NCBI GenBank assembly: GCA_008632985.1
Contig: QPGO01000080.1
Span: forward strand, 62,001 to 126,000
DNA from: Psammoneis japonica
Lineage: Eukaryota
Direction of reading: 5' to 3'
Length of the DNA stretch: 64,000 nt
The notes beneath the pieces were generated by a model. That model saw only the letters and a program-made list of their open reading frames with translations. It was not told the DNA's origin and did no database searches. The translations under genes were made by a program, and so were the position numbers. Numbering within the stretch: position 1 is the first letter of the stretch; every line of letters begins with the position of its first letter. This document shows, one piece after another, positions 48,510 to 59,310 of this stretch.

Positions 48510-48873
48510 CTCGATGCTTCTTGTCAGCAAGCTTCTGACTATGCGGCACACGGGTAGACCGCGGAGTCTCCGCTTCTTCTTGTTGTTGTTGGTGGTGGTG
48601 GTGCTGCTGCTGCAAATTCTTCTTGCCGGCCAGTTTCCGACTATGTGGTACCGGAGGAAACCGTTTCGGCACAGGAGGTGGCTCATCGCCACTGTCGGTG
48701 GAGAAACAACGATGGCGTGCTTCATCAGGACGGCGGTGTCCATTGTTGCGTTCCCTTGTTGTCACAACTGACTCGTGAGTCTGACTTTCATCCGCTCTGT
48801 CGATTGCGTCGTTCTTTTGTGTCGCGGTCTCGAAACCAACATGCCTGCCACAAGTCATGTGCTCATTGTTCAT
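44218..48873 (-). CDS. VIT + vWA domain protein fused to a C-terminal CAMK-like kinase domain; polyQ N-terminus, intron 44995-45079, one apparent frameshift at 45440
   Basis: VIT: IEAIYHFP..AAVCGFEA..F.MSVGNLP. vWA: FVLTDG, LFSIGIG. A ~55-aa tandem repeat follows. Splicing CAG|GTGAGT..TTGCAG|CTT joins it to the kinase (LGCGAFASV, YAVK, HRDLKPEN, GTPGYIAPE, DMWSVG). Confidence 0.75.
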
Positions 48874-49119
48874 ATCGTCTTAATTCTCCTTATTCGATGA
48901 CAACACTTTTCACGCTAACACCAAGTGCTAAAACGATACCTTCCTATGAATACACTCAGTGTGCGAGTTTCTTTACGATGTTGTAGGAGGAAATCGAACG
49001 AGCTCGGATTCGAGTTTTTCTGGTCGGGTCGACATGCGGTGTGTGTGGGATCTAAAGAAGGATGTCGTATGTTGCGAGAAGCGAACCCATCTCCAAGTGA
49101 GCGCAGAGTTCGTCAACCG

Positions 49120-52100
49120 AAACATCGGATCCCCGACTCAAGGAACGCGGTTCGCGGCACGACCGACTGAGATGAAACATTTGACAGCCTGGCAGAAGCT
49201 CTTGAGAGATGCCTTGTCATGGAGACCCACAAGAAGCAAAACCTTTTTGACACATGCACCCCCATTGTTGCTTGGAGCACTGCCCATTTGCTCCTTGCAC
49301 CAAGTCTCATTTTGAGCTGGCAAGCTGCGGACATTCTCCCATGCAGGGGCACCCACTTGCCCCTCATGGCTTCCGGTCTGGTGCAGAAGGTCCCAAATGT
49401 TCTTTCCGGCAAGCAATCACTGCCTCATCAACCATGCCAAGTGCTTTCTCAACAGGTGACAACAGCTCTGGTCCCACAGTTGTGGGTTTGTTGTGACCAA
49501 GGCGGAGTCACCTTGGTGTGCTGATCAATTTTTTTTGCTGTTTTCTCACCAAGCCCCTGGCTTGAGAGCTCTTCCAGAGCAGCAGCAGGCGGAAGGTCCA
49601 AGGTCAGCAGATCATTGGAAATGTTGCAGCTGGGCAAAGATGCAGGAGCAATTTGCAAATCTTGTGCCAATTGTGTGAGAGCTCTCCAGTTTGTGATTTT
49701 GTGGCTGATCATTGAAGGACGAGACATCTCCGCTGTGTCTGTCTTTCTGCCATCAGAGTTGTCAAAATTCAAAACTTTCATGCCACTTTGATCCCATGGT
49801 TGTTGAGCTAATTGCTTTGAGGCAGATGCAGGCCTGTCAATGGTGGGTGGATTGTTGGGGAGATGTCATCCCATGTGAAGCACTGGTTTCTGGCAGGTTG
49901 AGCTGATTGCTTTGAGGCAGATGCAGAAATGTCAATGGTGGGTGGGTGGGTGGGTGGGGAAATGTCATCCCCATGTGAATCACTGGTTTCTGGCAGAGAT
50001 GTGCATGGAATGATGGCTTTTTTGTGGCACTCACCATCTTTGCCTCTCAGACAGCTCTTCCAATTGTGTTCAGCACAGTTGTGCAAAGAGCAGCTGTTGA
50101 AAATGTGGTTTGCTGCTTGCTGGAAGATCATCTCCAGATCTCCAGCAGCAGTTGATCTTGTTTTGCTAGACAAACATTCCTGCTGGACAAGACATCTGGC
50201 AAGTGGTCTGCAGCAGGCAGCCAAGGCATGTGCCGTGCAAGTCTCTGGGGGGCTGGCACAGCAGAGACCATCATTTCTTTTGTCTCACACAAATGGAGTC
50301 CCATCAGCTGGACCCACGTTTGCTGTTGCTCAATTTGCCCCCTCAGAAGTCAGCAACATTGTCTTGCATGTCAGCTTGAAGAAAAAAGTGCAACATGTTT
50401 GGCAACTGCAGGGTGTGCCGCTGCTTGCAATGACATTTCTTGATTGCAAATTGCCCTCCAGCCATCAACAACTCAGCACATTCATCCACATTGAAATGCA
50501 ACTGCTGTGAAAACACTTGTTGAGCTGATGGACAAGTTTGAAGCTCAGCACAGAAGCCAAGATGGATGAGCCAGCAAAATTTCACCAACCCACTTGCACC
50601 CTTCTCTGGACAAAACTGCTGTTGTCTCTTTTTGTGGCTGTCAATGAAAGTGATGGCATCAGAAGCATTTGCCACTTTAGATTCTCTCCCATTTTGCTCC
50701 AAGAGCTTGTGGAAGTTGTCACAAAGTGCAAGACTTTTGAGGGAGAGAACCCCAATTGCATGCTGGGCTCAAGCCTTGATGTTGATGGGACCTGGCAAAC
50801 TCATGCTTGCTAATCATCCAAAATGGAAGCAAATGACAATGAACAAGAAGATGCTGGACAAGTTAATTTTGGGAGGAGGACCTGTGCAACTCCAAGGCTT
50901 TCCTTTTCTAGAAGAAGTCAGCAGTCATTGCACTCCAAAACACATTCTTGTGCCCAGCTGTGTCCCAATTGTGCCCCAAAATCTGGGTTTCTCTTTGGCA
51001 CATTTCTGCGCAACATGTTGCAGACTTGTGTCCTTGTTTGAGGCATGTGCAGAGCAAATGTGATTGGTCACAAGGATTTTTGCATGTGCAATTCTAAAAG
51101 AAAACAATCAGGAGCTTGTTGCCAATGAACTTGGAGTTCTCCTGGACACAAGGATGAGACACATTTGGTCAATTGTTGTTTCATGCACACCTGTCTTTTC
51201 CCATGTTTCTTGTCATGACTCTTTCCTCTGGCATGCATGTCCCTTGCAACAGGGCTTTTTCCTTGGACAATCAATTTCATGTTGGGACACAAAAATCTTG
51301 ATGCTTTTTTCAACAGCTTTGTCTGTGCCTTTTTGATTTAATGGCCTGTTGCAGGCTGGATGGTGCATCACAATGACAAAAATGAGCAAGATCACTTGAA
51401 ACAACCATTTTGGCAAAGGGGTCCATTGCACACAAGTCAGGAGCCTGTGCACAACCTCAATCAGTGGAGTTGTCTCTCCTTGCATTGAAAGCAAATGCTT
51501 GATTTGTGAAATGTTTCATTTCAAACAGCGCTCCACAGATGATGAAGCCAAAAATCCATTGAAGTTGTGTGAGACATTCATTCAGGCAATCACATGCCAC
51601 TGAATCAGCAAGGTTCCCAAGACAATGAAATGAAGTTTCATCACTCCAATTCTCTTGGGTGCCTTGGTGCCAAACAAAGCCCCCAAGAATCCTGATTTGA
51701 AGCACTCCAAGTGGTTGCATTCAAGGCACCCCAATGCTTCTTCCCAAAGCCTGGGCAGAAATCACATGGTGTGTTTTGCTTCCTCCCACGGCCACCTTGT
51801 GCAATTCAAAGTCCTGAGTGAAAGTTGGCTTGGCAGCCAATGCATGAGAAAACATGAATTCATGCCCAAAGGAATTGCCACAGTTTGCACCCCAATTGAC
51901 AGCTCTTTGTTTAAAGTGCTGCATTTGGGGTTAGAGAAAGGGCAACTTGCCTGTGCCAGGGGTGTTTTGAGGTTGTCAACAAACCTGCCATGACACAATT
52001 CCGTCATTGATTTGGTTTCAAGAGCTGCTTGATCCATCAGAACACATTGTTGACTTTCCACTGCATCTTGGATGCAATCATGCAGCAACTCCTCCTTTGA

Positions 52101-55100
52101 CACGTCATTCATTCTCTGATTCATTAAAATGTCAAAGACATCTAGAAAGAGAGTGTTCAATGCTTTGCTCTGGATGTGACTGCTTTTTGCCTCTGCTGAA
52201 AATGCTGCAAGAGCAATGTTGAGATCTTCAAGAAGAAAAGCACAATGCTGACAACAGATTGCCTGCTGTGCTGCCTGGCTTTTAAGCTGCTGAGCTTCCA
52301 GCACATGCCAAGCACACACTGCAAAAGATTTTTTGTCAGAACAAGCAATTGCAGAAGTGTTTTGTGTGGCTGTGTTTCTGAGTCCTCCACTCCCAAGCAA
52401 AAGCTTGCATGCACCAGCAACTTGTCTTGTCAAGTGCCTTTGTCTTGACGGCATTTTCATTGCTGGCTCTGCTTGGCCAACAAAAACAGCAAATGTTCAA
52501 CCACTTGTCATCAAATGTTGAGCTGCACCACAAAAGCACTGCTGTTGCTGTCAACACAGGCAAGAAGGCCATGGCTGCAAGCGAGCTTTAGTGCACAACA
52601 AAAGCTGTTGCTGCAGGCACCCTTGTTTTTGGCTCTTGAAGCTCCTTCTTTGTCCTCCATGCTCTCCTGAAGTTTGGCCCAGCCAGCATGTCATTCTGTG
52701 CAGCATGGTTTGTTTGCTCTGTGGTGGGCTCTCTTCTTCTTTGATGCAGCAGATGCTGTTGGTTGAAGTCAGGGTGCCAAACACAGTTGCTTCCTGCCTG
52801 GAACACATCATGTGGATTATCAACAGCACAGCACAGTGGAAAGGGGGGTCAGCGCATGTTGCAAATCTTGGCCCCCGGCAGGGGCATGACTTCACTTTTT
52901 TCTTGTGCCACTCCACTGCAGAGGACGCAGGTGGCAGGGCCATTGGGAGAACAAAAACTCTTTTGCCAGATCCAGGACATGATTGGTTGTGGATGGAAAA
53001 ACTGGCGCATGTGCACCCAGTCATTTGACACCTGACTTGGCGGTTGTGTGCAGTGTCAAACAACCTGAGGTGGCTTTCACAAGACAGCCAGCAAGATGGA
53101 GGCACACATGCCATTTGGTCCCAAAAAATGTCATGTTGCAGAAAAGCACAACCAGGTTTGCACTGGAACAGATCAATGCAGAATTCCACAGGGCCACTTG
53201 GTTCAGCAAAAGTCAATTGCCTCAAAGACGCTGGTTCAGCAAAAAAACGTTTTGGCTTGCCACTTCATTGCTTGTGGGTTTTGGTCTGTGGTGATTTCAT
53301 TCTTTTGTTGTTGGGAGACAATGTCACTTGTCAATGTGCTGGCCAAAGTTGTTTGCCAATTGAACTCATTTCAATTGCCAACCCTGTTCATTTTGATTGC
53401 CAACAACTGGTGGTTGAAATGAGCACTTTTGAGCACATTTGAGCATGCATGAGCAATTTGTGCACATTTGAGCCATGCAGCTCCTTCAGAACAGCATCAT
53501 GAACTCCACAGCATCTGTCATGGCACATGTTTTGTGCGCAATTGTGACACTTTCCAGAGGCACTCTCTGAGAGCATCTGGGGCATGTGCAGGGACATCTT
53601 AGCATGTGTGTGTCATGCGCACATGACAAGTCATTTCCAACAACTGAGTTTCTGTTGTGCTGCTTGGGTCCAACAAGCAAGCATGTTCACATTCATGACC
53701 ACACCAAATGGCAGCAAACATCACATTTGCACAAGCAGCAACCATGGACCTGCAGCACTCACAGCAAAAATTGATGAAAATGGCCACCAAACCATTGCCC
53801 GCTCCAGGCTTCAGAACAAAAAGAGACACCAGTTGCTCTAACAAAGTGGGCAAATCATGCCACAGTCACTAAGAAATTGACAAGATGTGACAGAAAAGTG
53901 TTGTTCAGCAACCCACAGGACTCTAGAAATTGGTGCGAGGGTTGCTCTGCACCATTTCCACTGAACTCCAAGCTGTTGATGGACCTGATGGCAATGAGGT
54001 CCATGGGATTTTTGGTCTCTGCGCTGCAGTCATTTTTCACATCATGATGTCTTTTTTGGAAGCTGGTCATTGTGAGTGTGTCATTTGCCAACAAGAGCAC
54101 CTTTTTGGGGAGTGTCTGGTGCTCAACAACACTGCCTTCCTTCATGCTCACTTGACTTGCTTTCACCAATTCCTCCAATGTGAATTGTGCTCCCAGGACA
54201 ACTCAGTTCAGCAGGTCATTGAGCAAGACTGTTGGGTTCATTGAGAATGACAGTCAAGGTCTCAACAATCTTCTCAGCAATGAATTTGTGAGCCTGTGCC
54301 TTGCAGTCACATGCATCAGAAGTTTTATGATGGAGGTGTTCATTGGCATGCTTGGCATTTTGCCAATGAAGTTGTCCATCTTACCAACATCATCTGACGC
54401 AGAGTCAACATGTCAGCAACACAAACTTGAATGAAATCCTTCATCAAGGACAAGTGGCCAACCAACATTAAGTTGTTCTGATGTGGACAGTCATGAATGA
54501 GGTTGAAGGGACGTTTTGCCCAAACTGAATGGAAATCAAAGAGGAGAACAGTCTTCAAAGCCTCACATTCCTGGCCATCACATTGGCAAACAATGCCAGG
54601 GAACTTGGAGTCAGCAGGAAATTCAGTCTTCTAAAGGTGCAAGAAGATTGTGAAAACCATCTGCTTGAGGGGTGAAAGAAGTTGCAGTGGGAGGTTGTCA
54701 GCAGTGTCCAAGCCACACGCAAAACCCCAATCACCACTGTCCTTGACAAAACACCACAGAGGGTGAACACAGATCCCACGGGTGAAAGCATGTTGCACAA
54801 CAGCTGTGCACCATGTTCAAACACCTTGGGGGAAATGTCATCACATGGGAGTGGATCATGTGGGATGGCTTTAGCATCCAGAGTGGTCTGATGAATGTAG
54901 AGTGTCATTGCATGAGATGATGCATTCTGTGCCATTTTCACAGCAAAGACGACCATTTGACAGATGTGGAGCCAACAATTGGCCAGAGTGTTTTTGACCA
55001 CATCACTCAGGCACGTTGAAGTGAGGTCAGATTGAAAATTTGGCTGGCACTGGACTGACCAGAGTCAGATGATGAACCCACAGCATTGCCAGAAGAACTG

Positions 55101-55900
55101 GAAGACACAGACGCCTGAGCCGCAGCAAAGGCCTTCGTGACAGCAAGTTCATGCTGGTCTGGACCAGGGGTGCACTTGGCAGCAGCATCAGGGTCTGCAG
55201 CAGATGAAGAAGTCATTGAGGCAGGTGCCAGTTTTGAAGAGGTAGAAGCAGGGAACCATTTGTTGGAGATGTTGTTTCAGCCCACATGTGCTTCAATTCT
55301 GGCTCAAAAGAAGAGACCAACAAGTGCACCACCAACATGAACAAAGATGGCATTGGTCTTGCGCCAGATCACTGGATTCATTTCCTCTTAGAGAGACTTG
55401 ATTTCAAGGCACTTCCAGTGGTCCCCAGAGACATTGACAAAGAGAGGAACCTCTTGGAAGATGTCTTTGATGATGCTTCTGTCCACCGTGTGAATGGCGC
55501 TGGGGTTCTGAGAGTTTTTGAAGGATCGTCTTACGGACAGTCACAACAATGGCATCACCACATGAGCCTCTGGGGACACAATCATTCAGAAGATCTGCAG
55601 GAACAGCAATTTTGTCCAAACAAAGCTGGTCAAGGAAGACATGAGCATCTCAGACAATGGGATGCTGGTTGAATTCAACCAGAATCATCGTTGCCTCATC
55701 GGGGGGTTTGTTGCTCTGTTTCATCATGGCGGCACTTGAAAAAAGTGAGCATAGAAGCCAGCACTAATTCCACAGAAAAGTTGTTCCCAACAATTTCAGA
55801 AATTGGTGGCAAAAAATGGCAGTCCTGAAGCTGACGATTCTGCAACGGATGGGAGCGCCGTGGGTCTGAAAACACAAGAAACGGGTGTTCTGATGACAGA
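49120..55900 (-). mobile_element. Large degenerate unclassified repeat/TE, TpA- and CpG-depleted, with remnants of minus-strand coding sequence
   Basis: Sharp compositional borders and fragmented Tyr-poor reading frames. Internal ~95-bp tandem duplication at ~49803-49996. Confidence 0.55.
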
Positions 55901-56502
55901 AGAATAACGTGTGGGCATTCACAACCCATCGGAATCCCGATAAGCTATCCGACCTAACAAGATACTAGGACAATGATAAACGTGGCACTAGTGATGAAAG
56001 AAAGGAAAAGTGAGAGAAAGAGATCCGATGAGATCTCTCGTCCTCTACGGTATCTACTAGATGCCCAAATGTCTCACTCATCGGGTGTGCCAACAGCACA
56101 CATGACCCAATCACATCCACCACTGAATCGGATGTCCAACATACTACTGCATCAAAGCATTTTATGTCGGTGAAATCCAGCACATCTAAGAGCAAGAAAA
56201 GAACAACAAATAGCTTGTGGAGAAATAAAAATTACAGTAGTCAACACGAAATAATGTCCAAAATGTAGCTTGCTGGGAGCTTCTTGAGAAGTGCCTTGTG
56301 CACTCAGAGAACGTCTTTGGAGCGAAAGTCGTGCTGACTATACTCATCGTGCTTCATTCAAGGAAACAGCATGGATGAAAACATCGGTGCTTCTCAATTG
56401 CTACGGTATAAGGACAATGTACCGACGCATGTGGATTGATATCTTTATATACGTACTGCACGACTAGACCTACCGCATTGATTCCGAGCGCAATTATTAA
56501 TA

Positions 56503-57855
56503 TCACCCGAGTTTCTCCACCAAGGATTGCAATTGCGGCACATTCATTCCAAACGTAATGACTTTGACCGCCGTCTGCGTCGTGCTCAATACTGACTGTT
56601 GCAAATCTGCGTGCATGTCTTGGAAATCCTGCAACACTTGTGTTTGTATTTCTAGCAAAGTCATGCCCTGCTTGCGCTTTTCATGAATCTCCGAGAGCGA
56701 TTCCAATAGTGAGTCCATGCCTTGAATGAGTTTGACGAATAGTCCATTCATTTGTCCAAGTACCAAATTTTGAATGATTCCCGCCAATCTCGACACAATT
56801 TGATCTCCCATGGCATTTTTATCTGCCAAAGTTTCCTTGGTTTCCTTTCCCTTGTTGGAAAGTGCTTGACGAATCTTGTTGGTTGTATCGCATCCAGTTT
56901 TGGCTACCTTGTTAGTGACAGCACCATTTGTATCCATGGTTTGATTCAATTGCTGTTCCGCAGTATCAAGCATTTCATCGGTTGCCGTTAGTGCTCCGTC
57001 CAAGGCTTGGTCGGCGGCTTGCGTCACGCGCTCGTCCATGAGTTGTACGACCACCTCCTTGGCGGAAGCCTTGTGTGAGTCGACCAAGTCCCAGGCTTGT
57101 TTGCGAAGTTCAAATAGAGTGTCGGCGGTCTGTGTTGATTCTTTGTCCTTGTCCAATTTTTCGACAATTTGTTGAATCACATGCGCCACCTGATTTGCCA
57201 CCAACCGACGAATGTACAAGAATTTTGATGGATGAAATCGTTCAAAACGAAAGGTCAATACGGCGGCATTGAGACAATTCAATACGTGAAATGTCGTAAC
57301 TGCTACCAAGAGATAATCTTGCTGTGTAGTTGCTGTCAACTTATCGTTGTCGTCTTGTTCATTCTCGTTTGCTACCGGAGTGCCATCTACATCTCCGTTA
57401 CGACTCGCGGCAGGAGTAGGGACGAGCTCAGTAGTATCACTATTACTTGCAGTCAAAGCAACAGTTCGATTCTCTAACCACTTTGTCAACGACTCGGTTT
57501 CCTTCGTTTGCGAGTAATCCGTGACGTAACTCTGTGCCAAGTCCTCAGCCATGCCCATGACTCTAGCGATAACCTCCAGCATAACATCCGTTACTTTGCA
57601 AGAAATTCCATTTTGAAGTTGCTGAATCAACACCGCACGATTTTTTTCAATCAATACATCCCTACTAGTAGTAGCAGAATTGCTAAAACACTGCTCCCAT
57701 TCTGCAAGCTGTCTCCAGTAATAATGAATGGAGTCATCATCATTGAGCGATGCGGCCTCGTAGCAAACCTCACGACGCCACTCCACTTCCCAGAGCTCAT
57801 CCTCCTCCTCATTTTTTTCAAGGCATGGTTCTTGTGCTGCTGCTGTGGCTGTCAT
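56503..57855 (-). CDS. Hypothetical helical/coiled-coil protein, 450 aa
   Basis: Long intact ORF with normal dinucleotide composition. No family recognised. Confidence 0.7.
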   Translation of the reverse strand: MTATAAAQEPCLEKNEEEDELWEVEWRREVCYEAASLNDDDSIHYYWRQLAEWEQCFSNSATTSRDVLIEKNRAVLIQQLQNGISCKVTDVMLEVIARVMGMAEDLAQSYVTDYSQTKETESLTKWLENRTVALTASNSDTTELVPTPAASRNGDVDGTPVANENEQDDNDKLTATTQQDYLLVAVTTFHVLNCLNAAVLTFRFERFHPSKFLYIRRLVANQVAHVIQQIVEKLDKDKESTQTADTLFELRKQAWDLVDSHKASAKEVVVQLMDERVTQAADQALDGALTATDEMLDTAEQQLNQTMDTNGAVTNKVAKTGCDTTNKIRQALSNKGKETKETLADKNAMGDQIVSRLAGIIQNLVLGQMNGLFVKLIQGMDSLLESLSEIHEKRKQGMTLLEIQTQVLQDFQDMHADLQQSVLSTTQTAVKVITFGMNVPQLQSLVEKLG

Positions 57856-58010
57856 TTTTTGATTTATGGTATTAGGCCTCTGTTGAATAATGGTCTTCAG
57901 TGCGCAGGGTCGGTCATTGCCTACACAGTACCTGGAGTGAGTCAGTCGAGTGGAGGTGGTGGTGGAAAAGACACAACGGCATTCTGCTTCGATCGAGGGT
58001 ACAGGAAGTG

Positions 58011-58063
58011 GTCAGTCCCGCATTCTCGTGACTCAGTACTTTCCTACGGTGAAAATTGCGTAG
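58011..58063 (+). repeat. 53-bp inverted copy of the 5' terminus of the element-2 LTR
   Basis: 45/53 identical to the reverse complement of 63920-63972. Confidence 0.8.
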
Positions 58064-58320
58064 AGATCCGAAGATGACAAAAACGGTCCGCTAACTTCCG
58101 CTAACAATAACATTAAGGATGGATCTACGTGCTGCGGTCTGTTTTTTGGGAGCTCGTAATTTTATAAAAATAACCCGGATGCATCGTAGTAAATGCGCGC
58201 GCGTTCGCAAAAAAAAAATTCAGCGATGGGTCGAACTTTGTCCGTTCGCCAGACACCCTAGAAACAGGTATGACCATGCGCGACTTTTACCTTAACGACT
58301 GTAGATATGTCTATAGCCAG

Positions 58321-58446
58321 TCAAATGCCACTTGTCGGCCTTTCCCGGAAAGCCACCGCCAATCTCCCATAAGAAGCCCGATTTTGGCGAAAATTGGCGG
58401 TTTTTTCGACCTGACAACAGGGCACAGGTCGACAAGTGGCATTTGA
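58321..58446. repeat. 21-bp inverted repeat pair (58321-58341 / 58426-58446) at the edge of a TE block
   Basis: tcaaatgccacttgtcggcct versus aggtcgacaagtggcatttga, one mismatch. Confidence 0.75.
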
Positions 58447-58908
58447 AGCGCCAAATGTGCAGCTCTTGTAGCCGTCTGACAGCCCTCACGGGGTTTGACG
58501 AATGCATGAGTGTTCGGGGATGTTCCGAGGCAGGTCAAAATGATGCGGTGAAGTGCGGGAAAAATGCGAGCTGTTCCAAATTAGACCGCAGCACGCAGAT
58601 CCATCCTCAACTGCATGTGGCGCACATTGCATGTTCTTTGACATGTGAATGAACCACTTTAAGTGTTGGGTGCAGTTGCTTTGACGAACTTTGCCAAAAT
58701 GATGCTTGGCACTGCTTTGCACACAAAGCCACGGTGCTCCGTGCGACTCGTCTTTCGTTCGGAGCACCTTCCAATTCATCAAAATGACTGCATGCAATGC
58801 CCAAAATTTTTAATTCAAGCATTGACAAACAAAGAATGCATGTTGCATGCAGTTGACATTGTTGACAGCGGAAGTCATCTGACAGTTTTTGTCATCGTCG
58901 GATTCCTG

Positions 58909-59310
58909 TGCACTGTGCTCGAAGAACGAGCACAAACGAAAGTAGAACCAAGCATGAAAAGTGAAAATTGTGAGGTTGAATTTTGCTCTGTGATTTTTGG
59001 TTTCTCCGAATGAGTTCTCAATGGCCTAAAGCTTCTGCACTGCTTCTGCAGACAAAAGGCCTTTCGGAGAATGCATTCGCGACAACAGATTGTCCGGGTG
59101 CGATTGCCATTGACACGTGAGATGTCAACATCGTCAATCAATCGCACTTGCAATTTTTGACATCCGATCAACTCTGTGTGATCGTTCTGTCCTTTGCACG
59201 CATCCACGACTGTGGCGCGATTGACACACAAACAACACACAATTCTGAACATGTGTGCAACAGTCGCATGCTGCACCTGTGCAATTTTCACCGTGGGGAA
59301 GCACTGAGTC
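58909..59310 (-). repeat. 3' LTR of element 2, missing ~20 terminal bp; TpA-converted
   Basis: Colinear with 63552-63953 at offset 4643. Confidence 0.9.
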
